From Antedon mediterranea (taxonomy: Eukaryota; Animalia; Echinodermata), in assembly GCF_964355755.1 (NCBI RefSeq), contig NC_092674.1:24180001-24244000 (forward strand): a DNA stretch of 64,000 bases. Direction: 5' to 3'. The translations under genes and the position numbers were made by a program. The notes beneath the pieces are model-generated. The model ran no database searches. It was given only the letters and a program-made list of their open reading frames with translations, and was not told the DNA's origin. Shown piece after piece: positions 36,256-50,159 of the stretch (positions are counted from its first letter, which is position 1; each line of letters begins with the position of its first letter).

Positions 36256-36800
36256 GGGTGAGGATTTAGATCGTTTGTAGTTTAATGTTTATATTATAAT
36301 ATATTTTTGATTTTTTAAAGATGAATAATGGTTTGAAATCTTTTAGATGCTTTGGGAGACTATTCCATATTTGTTAGTCCTCTGTAAGTGATCGATTGTT
36401 GTGCTTTTGTGGTTTTTTTCTTGGAAGATTGGAAGTCAAATGTAAATCTAGTATTATAATGATGAAGAGAACTATTTAGATAAAAGTGGATGAGAGAGTT
36501 CTATTGAGAAACTTAAACATAAACTCAGCAATTGCTTTAGCATAAAGCTTAAACACGTTTAGCGAATTAGATTGGTTTTTAGGTTTTGAGAAATAAAGTT
36601 GATGGGCTTTGAAAATTATACGCATATAGATTTCTTTTGAAGTTTACAAATTTTATCAAGATAAGTAGTACACGCAGATCCCCAGATTTCAATGGCGTAC
36701 GTAATGAAGGAGATATTGTATAAAATATTGTATGGCAGATTATGTTAAAGTTTGTTTTTTCGTAATTCAAATAACTTTTGATATTTTTAATGCAGTTACA
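36256..36800 (-). pseudogene. Decayed L2/Crack-like LINE 3' remnant
   Basis: Same QQSITYRG..WNSLP motif with one inserted base, preceded by decayed RT C-terminal sequence. Confidence 0.5.
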
Positions 36801-37363
36801 TTAATGTGATAGCTAAACGAAAGACATTCATCAAAATAGACAAGAAATTTACATTTGTCAACTTGTTCAAGGATATAATAGTACGCTTGCCCCTGAGTTA
36901 ATACGTTTAAATAGTGTAGATTCTATACAATTATAGGTATTTAGGTCTATATGTAGTCGTACTTGTTTCTATGTGGGTATTGACAAAAGAACTTTAATGA
37001 AATGAGATACAGGTAGGTACTGTAGTAGATACAGTATAAATCTTTATTGATTTGAAGAATATTGACATTTCGTGGAGATTACATCCACTTCTACTTCGTC
37101 CATACAATCCAATTTAAAACATGTTAAAGTTATTAAATCAAGTAGACTAGTTGTTTAAGAAAAAAAATGCTATAGCTCTTATTACAGGAATTTATATTTT
37201 TCTTATTGTAGCGCCACCAGAATGTTTACCTTTGATAAAACAAACAGCTTTTACAAAAATAGTGGTGCCATTTGCATATAGATACTTTTTAAACAATTGA
37301 AATGCCAATCAGTACAATATAATTCGGTAATAAAGAAAATTAATTCATGATTTTTACTAGTAT

Positions 37364-40312
37364 TTACCATGTACAAACAACGCATGACAACTCGCGATTT
37401 TTGTCATATGGAGGACATGGAAGTGACCCGCAAATGCCTATGACAGCGAAGAACAACATACCATCTTCGTTTGCAGAGGAACCATGTCTACTTTGGGGTT
37501 TTATATTGATGCAAAGAGACTTATGTCCCCCTGCGTGACCATGGTGTCCTCCCATTAATAGGCCTTCGTACTCCTTTATCCAGCCTTCAGGGCACGTACG
37601 CTTAGCTGGGATCATCAGATTTGTTGATCGGCCTTTTGCAATACACACAGCGCAGAGGGGATCTGTGTCGTGAGAGTGAGACCACGGGCTGTAAGTGTTG
37701 GTTTGCAATTCAGCGCCGTATATGTTCGACCTTTCACCGCCATTAGTTGTCAGTTCTTCATTGTATTCGGGTTCATCCGGTAAACATAGGGGGTTTGTAA
37801 TACCTCCATGATGTGAAAAATGACCACCGCCAATGTATCCTATAGCATATACAAAATAGAAACTAGAATTTAAATCGTCACTTTGACAAATTATAGGTGA
37901 TGATTTTTATAATTTTACTGACATTTAATTTTTGTTAAACATGCACGTAGCTAGGCCTATGTTAAAATAGTATCGCAAAAAGTTGATGTATGCCCATGCA
38001 TCCTATAACCTGATGCAAGTTAAGCTTATACTGCTGAGTTGTGCCTATTATGTGACGTGTCATATAGACTATGTACAGTATACTGTATATTTATATATAC
38101 GAGACCCACATCATGTTCTAATTTTTGGGTATGATGACGTTTTCAAAATAAACTTGAAGATGACAATTTTGGAAGATAATGAATTAAGTGAAAAAAATAG
38201 TAGTAGTTGAAATTCGTAAAACTTTGACGAAAGAGGTGAAAAAAAAAACCTTTTTAAAATTCAACTAGCCATATGATAACGTTACAACATCCGATAGGCT
38301 TAATTTTGATATGATTTCATATCTATATTTCATCAGCATTCATAATAAATTATAAACATCAAGGTCACCCAGCTTTTATTTTTAAGATTTAAGATATTCA
38401 AATATACGGTGTAGGTGAAATTACACGGACTATGTTACTCATGTTTTTACGCGTGATGACATCATAAAAATGAAAGTGATGGCAAATCATGAGAAAGCAC
38501 AAATTTGAGGAAATATCGAGTCCAAATAAACAAGATGCGCTCTGTTGAATGTGATAATCTAATGAATCTAATGAAAAACCCTTATTTTTAAATTCAAGTG
38601 GCCATTTGATGATGTCACAACATTTTGTACGCCAAATGTGTACATTAATTCATATCTACAACGCAATGGCTTCCAGAATATTTTTTTTTTAAATGGGGAT
38701 AATTGTGCATTCTGAAGAATTATTTTCATTTTAAAATGCCCTATTTATTTTTTAAGTCGAAATGAACTCAAATTCGTAATTTTTACGTTTAAGTTTATTT
38801 TTAATCCTCGACAACACTGACCGTTTATTTTGCCAGTGTTATTTCTTATTTCAGTATTATTTAGAGAAAAAAACTCACCAGTATACACGAGCTCTGTTGA
38901 CTCTGGTCCGCATTCTGTACTACCCCAATGTGTGTAGACAACTCTGGATTTTCTTGTGCCACAAGAAACAGCCGGGCAACCAGTTCGGTGGTTCATCGCA
39001 TTTTCTGGAGTTATTAAATCTTAAATTAAAGTTAAAGAAATATTTAAAATGGTATTTTTGTTGGTCTGTTTTGAACAATATGCAATAAAAAATGAAATAG
39101 GCTAAGCTCTTGAATATCATATACTACACCGTATCCAAATGTAATAATGCATATTTAAAGTAATAATGCATACCGGTATTCAAAACTAACAATGAATAAT
39201 TAAAACTGATAATGCATATTCAAAACTAATAATGCATATTCAAAACAAATTATGCATATTCAAAACTAATAATGCATATTCAAAATTAATAGGGCATATT
39301 CAAAACTAATAATGCATGATCAAAACTAATAATGCATATTCAAAACTAATAATGAATATTCAAAACTAATAATGCATATTCAAAACTAATAATGCATATT
39401 CAAAACTAATAATGTATATTCAAAACTAATAATGCATATTCAAAAGTAATAATGCATATTCAAAACTAATAATGCATATTCAAAACTAAGAATGCATTCT
39501 CAAAACTAATAATGCATATTCAAAATTAATAGGGCATATTCAAAACTAATAATGCATGATCAAAACTAATAATGCATATTCAAAACTAATAATGAATATT
39601 CAAAACTAATAATGCATATTCAAAACTAATAATGTATATTCAAAACTAATAATGCATATTCAAAACTAATAATGCATATTCAAAACTAAGAATGCATTCT
39701 CAAAACTAATAATGCATATCTAAAACTAAGAATGTATATTTAAAACTAAGAATGTATATTCAAAACTAATAGTGCATATTCAAAACTAATAATGCATATT
39801 CAAATCTAATAATGTATATTTAAATCTAATAATGTATATTTAAATCTAATAATTCATATTAAAAACTAATAATGCATATTCAAAACTAAGAATGCATATT
39901 CAAAACTAATAATGCATATTCAAAACTAATAATGCATGTTCGTAGCAAAATCTATAGCTTACCTCCATCATATTCACCGCCAAAAAAGAAATTCCAGATG
40001 TTGCTTTCATCTTTGTCTTTATATTGTATGTCTTGTCCCTAATTTTAAAGAATGACAAACAATAAAAACACTAAATAATCACTTTTGTATGATAACATAT
40101 AACAAAAGACTATATTAGCATAAATTGTATCTGTGGTGAAAGCGCATATAAGCAAAAAAATTACTAAGAGTCTTGATACAAAGGACATTTTTAATATCAA
40201 AAGCTAATTTGTAATATTTATTCTAACCCTAATTTTATCTTAGAAATCGACTTACCGTAACCAGGATAGGAAGAATAAGCAAAACAGCGATTACTTTATG
40301 AGATACCATCAT
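37364..40312 (-). CDS. Secreted spongin/short-chain collagen C4-like domain protein, paralogue 3 (exons 40312-40256, 40038-39963, 39004-38879, 37839-37364; 244 aa)
   Basis: MMVSHKVIAVLLILPILVT; motifs NIWNFFFGG, VYTHWG, CAVC, GGHHGHAGGH, CGSLPCPPY, ELSCVVC. Frame is open across GT-AG junctions. Confidence 0.87.
39177..39940. repeat. 20 bp minisatellite (~37 units) in intron 2 of paralogue 3
   Basis: CAAAACTAATAATGCATATT in tandem. A run of variant units (...AGGGCATATT, ...AATGCATGAT, ...AATGAATATT) recurs at a 240 bp offset. Confidence 0.95.
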
Positions 40313-42944
40313 GTTGATCACTTATTAAGCAATAGTCAACTGATATTTAATTACTAAATTTCAGGACTTATAACCGAATAAGGAGTGCGAGAAAACGGGA
40401 AACCCGATTAAATATTATATAATAATTTAAATGAAAATCTGCCGGCACACCTCATGTATGGTGGATTACGACTTTTATTAGGTGTGTCAGTACCCCAGGG
40501 ACACAACAAAAAAAACAAATCAACAAAAATAATATAGAATGTCATTGAAAACAGAACAGGATTGTGTTTATAAATGGTTTTCAAAATACGCCTACTGTAC
40601 AATGTTGAAAGTAAAAACTTTCCTTCTTCAGTTAACGTTTTTACCAATTAATTGTATATCTCGGTATCTTTATTAAAAAACAATGACATACAAAGGCAGC
40701 TGAATTGATGTATTCTTTACACATAAAAGAGAATCAGAAATTACACAATTAATTAAGATATCTCAAGGGTAAAATGTATATAAATATAATATGTCAATAA
40801 AAAAAAGGTTCTAATTGGTGAACCCAATTCAGTTGTTTACTTACTACTATAGGACTATTTTTAAATCTTTCAGTTTTTGCGATAGGGATTTTGTATTTCT
40901 TTTATTTCTAAGTTGCATTGATGAAACATTTTTTTTTCATTTTCGTAGCCAGTGATTAAAACATTCATTTTTGCTTATTTTTTTGCAAAACTTATGCACA
41001 GGTTTCTCTTGCGTTTAAAAAGGTTCTCTAAATTTAATTCTCCAAGTGCCTGTTGGTAGTTATCATATAGTTTTCGCAATAATAAACCTACAGATAGGTT
41101 TCTGCACCCTTTCAATCGAAACATCGAGTTTTATCCAATACATTCTAAAATCACTAAGGATGTCACATCCACAGCCTAATCCATGTCATCGCATGTCTTA
41201 CCAGTCAAATGCAAAAATGAATGAGAAGTTACAACATTGCGATTGATACGTTCCAAAACTATAATGCAGTTCCACTTTTTCTTTTAAAATCCATCCACCA
41301 CCACCCCCACGCCTTCTTCTTCCTCTTCTCTTCCTTCCTGCCCCCCCCCCCCCTCCTTAAAATAAAATATAATATCATAACAATAAAATTAAGATTACAC
41401 TGCTGTTAATAAACCTATGGTTTTAGTATATGATTTACACTTACTTAGCGATATCCACATACAAGAGAGGTCTCTTCTACTCCGCCGTTTTAAAATTGCA
41501 CATTTCCTGAATGTGACACTCACATTAGTTTATTGTGAAACGAAATATGTACTGTACGAATTCAATCATCTATGTGCGCGTTTTGTATTACATAAGGATT
41601 TGGCTTAATTGGATCTTAAGCATATTTATGTTTGAGATGCCTGGCCACTAACTTGATCCCCACTGTCACAACAATAAACTATACGTTCCCAATATTCACA
41701 TTGTTCTATGGTGTCATTTGTAAAAAAAATCCATTTTTTTTGTCTTGTGTGGGGTCTTCCCACTTTTATTATAATTCTCTGTTTTATATGTATATATATA
41801 TTATATATAAAAGTTAAGGTACATTTGTAACAATTAATTATTTGTATGAATATTTCTCTTTCTATTGTATATTACTACGATTGTTACAGTGTTAAAAGTA
41901 GTTAAAATATTTACATAAAGAGATGATTGATTTCAATATAAAACCATATGCTTTCATTTACAATTTTAAAAAGATGTTAATTTAAATATAAAGAAAAAAC
42001 ATGGTAATAAATAATGTCATTAAAATCACATAAAAAACCCAGTTTTTACTAATGTACACTATCAATTTCCCCAAGACTTTTCTTAAGGTCCCTAAGGTCC
42101 CAATCGGTTTTTTACCATTAACAACACATTGAAATATATTATTATCATAGTATTGAGTTTTTAACCATAAATGTGTGCATAAGCGGAAATGGCTTTAGAT
42201 CTATTCATTCATTCACTTTCAATTGAAATCACTGTTGGACATTTGACACCTGATCTTTGTTTTTATTTTATTTTTATTTACAATTAACCATTAATTGTAT
42301 TTAGAAAGATGTAGCACATTGTTTCTTGCATTAATTTAACTGTTGTTACCATTTGTCTTTAATACTTTTTCAATATTATTATACGCTCTCTTCCCCATAC
42401 ATTTTTTTTGTTTTGGTAGCCAGTGATTAAAACATTAATTTTTGATTCTTTTTTTTTGCAAAACGTAGGCATATGCATAGGTTTCTCCTGCGTTGAGAGC
42501 CTGTTGGTAGTTATCAATAATAATAGTTGGCAATAATAAACTAAACAGATACGTATATAATAGAGTAAAGAGGGCGCCAAATACAGTATTGAGGGCGCCA
42601 ACTGATTTGGTACACTTTTCAGTATCATCGTGTAGGCCTACAACTCAGGAAGAAGCATTCTAGCCCTTTTATACCAGCCAAATACAACCCCCAGGACCTA
42701 CTTTAATCTCTGTTTGATAATTGTCTTAGTGTGATTGATTCAATTAACTATCTTAAAATTATTATAGTTTATATCATATGAGGAACCATTAAATATTCAG
42801 TTCAAAATACATTCGTCCAAAAGACAATAAGGAAATAAAAATCAGTAATTACAGATTGAGATTATTGAAAAAAAGTAACGGACGAAGGCAGAATTCCATG
42901 AAGATGAAAATCTTTTGTCTTGACAAATTAATAATTAATAATAT

Positions 42945-43031
42945 AAACAAGGCCAACAGCCATTAAGTCGCGTGCTACAATGCATAGTGATACCGGACCA
43001 ACAGACAGACCGACAGACCGACAGACAGACC

Positions 43032-43062
<31 letters not shown>

Positions 43063-43732
43063 CGACCGACCGACATAGTGAACTATACTGACCGAAATTA
43101 CTGAACATGTTTAGAAATGTTGAAATGTTTAAAAACATTTATATTTTTTTAATTTACACGTGCGTAGCCTGTCACTTTCGACGTGCTCGTATAACGTAAT
43201 TTCGAGTTGAAAAGTAAGTCAAGAAAACAGAAATCGGGCAAAAAGAGTGCGCAATAACATTTAACGCGCAGTCATGGCAATTTTGTAAACGCTTAAAATT
43301 GCCTGAAATGTACTCTTATTTCATAGAAAATAAATTTTGAAAATTTTAAGCGCGCGTACGCATGCGTTACATGCGCTACGCACGTAATTGTATTGCCATA
43401 TGATGATTTATGCCCTGAAATTTATGAGTACCAAATTTTATTTAATTGTGATTCATGGTTGTGAAGATATGATTACAAACGTGATTTCGTTAAATCGTGC
43501 GTAGACCGCGTAATTTTTTATTGCGCACCGTGAAAACATAACCACATTGATTCCTGGCCATAAGGAATATACTGTGAAAAATTGACCTAGCTAGATTAAA
43601 CTGATATCAAGATAAGGTCAGAAAGCGATAAAACGCATAGTGATACCGGACCGACAGACAGACAGACCGACAGACAGACCGACCAACCGACCGACATAGT
43701 GAACTATAGAGTCGCTTCCACGCGACTAAAAA
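42945..43732. mobile_element. DINE-1/Helentron-associated (HINE-like) non-autonomous element
   Basis: Subterminal inverted repeat AGTCGCGTG (42966-42974) / CACGCGACT (43719-43727). Terminal hairpin AGTCGC-TTCCAC-GCGACT, (CAGA)n tracts and A-rich ends. Confidence 0.55.
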
Positions 43733-45495
43733 TATAAACAAGAACAATATAACAATTTAGATTATACCAGTAGATAAAAGTTGAGAAAATAAAGTATAAA
43801 TGATGAGCAGATAAATGTACAGCTGTTGGGAATATTTATAACGAATACAACAATTCAAATGACGAAAGAATAAGTTAATCTAGAAAGTCATGGAACATGA
43901 AACAACGACCAAGAAGATGTCGAACATATCGATACCAAGAGAATCTTGCAGATTGAGCAGCGGGTGGCAGAACAAGAATTTGAGGGGATGGAGGTGGACG
44001 GGAGGCGGTGTTGTGGTAAATTGTTATATATGAGTGGCCTAGAATATCTGATTGTGTTGACAAAAGTTGGTGTTGTTGATAGGAAATTAATTTTGAGCAG
44101 AAACATGTTTACAAATGGAACAATGTCACTTTTTAGTTGAAAAAAAAATTCTATTTTATTTTTTTCAAATTCTATACCTTGTCCATTTCAATTTATGAAA
44201 GTTTGAAAATAATTACACTAATAATAACAATAAAATGTGTAGTCTGTCAATTTAAGTACTCTATCCTTTTGGATACTGCATTAACTTGGTTAAAACCCTA
44301 ATATCTTAAAGGACAACTGTACCGAGGACCATATTTTAAAAACGTATTAGGGGTATACATATGATTTCAGAACCATCGCGAAATCGAGGATATCGCCGCA
44401 CGCGCTCGCCGTACAGCCGTCGCCGTAAATTGCTGTGACGTCACAGGTGCATCGCATAATCTACTTAATGAGTTTTCGCTGTTGTTACCATACAATAGAA
44501 TAGGTACCGTCACTTCAATTGCTTATTTAACCTTTTAAATTACTTAAATTTGCCAAAATGTTTTCCTGGTATTTTGAAGAAACACTTCAATATCCAGATA
44601 GACAAAACAAACAATAAAACAATTCAACTTTTATATTTTTTACGATTTATTTAAAAAGTGTGTTTACTAGAAATGTTCGCGCTTTGCGAGACTTGTCTAT
44701 GGGACCCGAAGAGTAGCTAGTAGAAACATGACGTATGACGTTCTGGAATCATTCAACCATATCGGACTCAAAACTTTTTCTCTGCTGCTGCTGTGTGGTG
44801 TGGTGGTGGTGTGTATGTGACGTGTGGTGATGTGGTAAACTGTGTGACGTGTGTGAGATAGTTGTAATTTTTCCAGACAAGTTTTTTAGCATTGATCGTG
44901 GGCTTATCACGTAAGTTTAAAAAAAAAATTAGATTATGTTTGTTTTTGTGTCAGGGTCTCGTAATTTCAATTTTGGAAAACAAAACTAGGCCTAACCTAG
45001 GCCTAGGTCCCCTCTGGCTCTGCTGCCGCTGTTTTCTTTTATATATATGCCTAGCCTAGTCCTAGTAGGAGTCTGGGTAAGCCTATTCTACTACTTGGCT
45101 AGGCCTATAATAAATAGGCTACTAATTGATATGCGCAAGAGCCTAGTATAGTACTATGCCTACCTAGTACCAGCCTAGGCCTAGTAGTACTCTACTACTA
45201 GCTTAGAGTGGGTCTGATTATTTTGGGCCTTTGGCCATGGCATGGGTGGGGCATGGCCGCCGTTTATGAACGCCTACAAATTCATGAACTTATTATAATA
45301 ATATTAATAATATTTTACTCGAAATCCTCACTCATAATCATATTGTGCCCAGCTAGAGGAAGGGTTAGGCAGATGGATTGAATACTACTAGGTAGACCCA
45401 GGGCCTACTAGGCAGTGCATATCAAATCGGTATTTAATATAGCCCAATTTAATACTCTCATTTAATTTCATCATAGACACATATAACGATAAAAC

Positions 45496-46471
45496 ATGGC
45501 TGAAGTGCATGAAACAGAAGAAGAAGAGTATGGAAGTGACGACGATATTTTTTATTCTGTTCCAAGACCATATTTATTTGAACCACAATACTCACCAACC
45601 GAGATAGAGCGCAGAAGAAAGGAGAAGAATAATAGTGCAGTTGCACCCCTGCCAACAGCTTTAGTAAGTAGACTGAATGACAGTTTTTGGTGTACATGTG
45701 GTTTTTGTACACCAATGGCAACGGAAGACGAATGTGTATGTTGCAATGAAGTTCAACAAACATGTCTTTGTTAGAGAGAGAGAGGCCTACTACAACTCCA
45801 ATGGAAAAAGATGACGATTTATTATTACGGTGCATTACATCTCATTGTGATCTTGAAGCACACTTAAATACAAGTGTTTTGACAACATTTTTTCGAAGTC
45901 ATCGACACAACTGGAAACAATTTCCGAAACCAAGGGGCCTACATGGCCAACTAAATAATGAGTAAGGCTTTTGGTTTTTTATTCAAGATATCTTTCTTCC
46001 TTTATTTATTTTTTTTATTCTTTCTACATAATACATTCATTTTGCCGCTAGTTCCATTGTGTTAAACTCAAGAGAACTACTCTATAAGCACAAGAATATG
46101 TTTTGTTTTTAAAAATACATTTGACCACTAAATCTGTTTTGCATGACCATGTTTTCAAAAGTCACTCTAATAACCATTTACTATATAGAATACTAGATAT
46201 CAACAAGCAGTGAGTAAAACAAAATATAGAAAACATGGCACTTTTTATTTTTAACAGACTTAGCTAAAGTCATTCATTTTTTTAAATTATCAGACAATAC
46301 CGCCTTGTAGCTTACAGAGTTGTACTACAATGGATTCTACAAGGTGAAAAACTAGGCTACAAGAACAGAATGGTATTGCCAGCTTGTTTGGTCAAGAAAA
46401 TTAGAGAAAAGTTTCCTTCACCTGATGGAACATACAAAGGTTTTTCTTGGCCTGCTACTGATGATGCATAA
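45496..46471 (+). CDS. KolX accessory protein (Cys-rich; P2X7 C-terminal 'ballast'/nanor-related); exons 45496-45961 and 46294-46471; one frameshift at about 45758
   Basis: PYLFEP, WCTCGFC...ECVCC.E, CITSH, YRLVAYR..W..LGYKNRMVLPAC..KIREKFP..G.YKGF. Frame changes between the ORFs at 45496 and 45762. Confidence 0.82.
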
Positions 46472-46540
46472 TTTGTTCGATTAAACTGAAAAATAAACTT
46501 TGTATAACAACAGTATTTAAATCATCACCATCATAATCAT

Positions 46541-49500
46541 CTACTGATTATCCATAATTTGCTCGGTTCTTTGACAATATTCATTTATTAATAAATCTTT
46601 AGAAGGTTGTTCCTGCTTTGAGATGTTTTTTGGTAATTCTGGAAGAGGCACTGCAGATTCTGTATATCTGTACCTTATACCTGGGTCCATTCGTCTCTGT
46701 AGCGTCTTCTCAACCAGATCAACAACGTAATCATATTTTTTAGCTTCATAAATTTTTTTGGCAGACCATGATCCATCGCCCCGTTTTGGGCAAACCATTT
46801 TGTATCGAAGATCACCTACAATTAAATTCAGAAAAACAAATCATTTTTAATAGGCCTATTATGTAGCTGGACTAGACAGTTTAGACATGGGTGAACAGAG
46901 AATATAATAAAATGTTGTATATTAACTTAAAGTGTCTTATTATTTTATTACATGCATTATAAGTATTACCTGCAATTGTTTGTGCCTGTTTCCTGCCAAC
47001 ATTAGCATTATGATCTATAACTGCTAGCTGAGTCCTGCCTTGCATAGAACCATAATGAAAGTGAATTCGTTTTGGGGCAAACTTGGTGTACGAGGCATGA
47101 TAGGACTCTAAGGTACCTGAATTGAAGAATTGAGCAGTGAGTAAGTAAAATGGGTTTTACACTAACGTTTAATTCTTATTGTCTACACAAAAAACATTTC
47201 ACACCCACCAGTATGCTTAAATTCTCCAAGTTGACCAAGATCATTATCTAATCTTTTATCCAGTACAATTTTTTTCAAAGCATCATAGGCTGGCGAATCA
47301 TATTCTAGCCATATCTTGCTTTCTGCTTCTTCTTCTGTTAGGGCACTGTGTGCACAGGTATTCTCAATCCCATCTTCCTCCCATCTGTGAACATTTACCA
47401 CGTGATTTAAAATTGATTTCCACCTGTTTTTGAGTACCTAAACATTAGTAAAAAAATAGTGTAAAGCTCAATTTAGAGAATGATGATGATGGTGCTCTTT
47501 TTTCTTTTATACTAGTATAAGAGCAGTTTATATAGTACTGCAATATTTTTTATTGGACACAACTTTATTTTTATTTCTGTATTAATTATATAGTACTTAT
47601 TAATAATAAACACAGTATAAAGCAGAACTGATTTTTTAATTTTGAGTATTTTATATATCAATTATCAATATGATGATGTACATAAATATATATTTTTGTT
47701 TTGTTTACAGTATATTGACAGGGCTTGTTAAGCACATCACAAAAATTAATGGATATAACTAATAACCATTTTCTAACACAAATTATAACTGAACCGACAA
47801 GGATAACAAACCAAAGTAAAACTCTGATTGATCATTTTTATACATCCTTTCCAAACCGAATTTCTTCCTCGGGTGTACTTAACACAGGAATTAGTGATCA
47901 TTCAGCTATTTACGCTGTCATTGGTAAAGAAGAAAAACCAAAACATAACCATAAATATAAAACAAAAAGGAACTATAATAACCTTGATGAGGAAAAACTA
48001 CAAATTGATATGTTAAATGTAAATTGGCATGAAATAACTTCATATACAAATGTGAATGACGCTCTGCAGTTTTTTGAAGACAAGTTTTTACAAATTGTTA
48101 ATAAACATGTACCTTTAAAGAAAAAACGGGTTCGAAATAAAGATAGTCCATGGCTCACAAAAAATGTAATATTACAAATGCGAAAACGTGACTCAATGAA
48201 AAAAAGAGCGAGTAAAGAAAATTGTCCTCAATTATGGAACGAATACCGTGAATTAAAAAACAAAGTAAATTACAATATCAGGAGATCAAAAAAAAAATTA
48301 TTTCTCTGAACAATTAAATACAAAAGATTCCAAAATAATCTGGAAAAACATAAGATATATTGTACCATCTAAGAATAAAAAAAGTGTTATAAGTAGTATA
48401 AATACAATAAATGGCCTTGAAACAGATTCTTACAAGATAGCTAATACTTTAAATGAGTTTTTTGCAAACATAGGACCTAACCTAGCTAAACAAATTCCTC
48501 AATTTGAAAATAACCATGTAAATTATGAATACCCAAATCAAGGTGAAGACAAAATCAATTTCACACTTGTTGACGAGGAATATGTATATAAACAAATTTT
48601 ATCATTATCTGACAAAAAGGCTACAGGAACTGATGAAATTCCTGCTAAACTAATAAAATTAGCAATCAACTCAATTGTACAACCCATTACATTTTTAATT
48701 AATTTATCTCTACGAACCAGCGACTTCCCAAGTAAATGGAAAAATGCACGAATATGCCCAATTTTTAAAAATGGCGACCGAAGTGAACCATCTAACTACA
48801 GGCCAATTTCTGTACTACCAATTTTATCAAAAATTATTGAACGCGCTGTCTTTGACCAACTCTATCCACAAATCAACCCTAAATTATACAATCAACAATC
48901 TGGATTTAGGCCAAATTACTCGACATCATCGGCATTAATAAATATAACTGAAGATTGGATTGACAGTATTGAAAATGGTAAATACATAGGACTAATAATG
49001 CTTGATCTCAAAAAAGCTTTCGACACTGTTAATCACCAGATACTAATAAAAAAACTACACAATTTTAATTTTGCTAATCATGTTATCAAATGGTTTGAAA
49101 ATTATTTAACAAATCGTACACATATTACTAATATTAACAATGTTGATTCGGTAAAGTCTAATAGTGTTTGTGGAATCCCTCAGGGATCAATATTAGGGCC
49201 CCTTCTATTTATCATGTATATTAATGATCTACCTAACTCAGTTTCTCATGTAAATGTAAGCATGTACGCAGATGACACTGCGTTATATTATGCATCTAAA
49301 GACATACACGATATAATAAGCAAAGTAAATACTGATCTAAAACATGTACAACTATGGTTAGCAAGTAACAAATTAAGTCTAAACATTAAAAAGACTGAAT
49401 ATATGATTTTAGGAACTCATCAAAAATTAAATAAATTGATTAACATGGATATTAATATTAATATAGACGGTACAAAACTTGAAAAGGTAAATAACTGTAA

Positions 49501-50125
49501 ACATTTAGGTGTTATTATCGATGAAAATTTAAAATGGCATAAACAAATAGATCAGGTGAAAAATAAAGTAATATCAGGTCTGTACTATCTAAAAAAATGC
49601 AGCAATATTTTCCCTCAAAATATTCAATCATTAATGTACAAATCTATCATAGCCCACCATTTTGACTACTGCAATGTAGTATGGGGTCGTTGTAACCAAA
49701 CCCTCAAATATAAACTCCAAGTACTCCAAAATAGAGCGGCTAAAATAATTACACATACATCTAGGTATGACTCTAGCTCACAGGCGCTCAAAGATTTAAA
49801 TTGGCCTAATTTAGAAGAAAAACAATATTACAACGAAGCAGTCACAATGTATAAAATAATGAATAACTTGACACCATCCTACTTAAGAAACAGATTCTAT
49901 GAACGCAAACAAACATATAATACTAGATCAAAAGATATTCTAAGTTTACATAAGGCAAAAACTGAGTATAAAAAGAAAAGTTTCTCGTATTCTGGCGCAA
50001 AGCTATGGAATAGTTTAAATGCTATAAACTCAAATGCAATTACAGCTCCTAATATACATATATTTAAAAAAATGATAAATGACCAAAGATAAAATATACT
50101 TGAAACTCTATATTTTTTCATGAAA

Positions 50126-50159
<34 letters not shown>

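Noticed and set aside
40940-42560. Diverged direct repeat (about 40940-41100 versus 42410-42550)
   Set aside because: Real, but short, non-coding and without termini; nothing supports a function.
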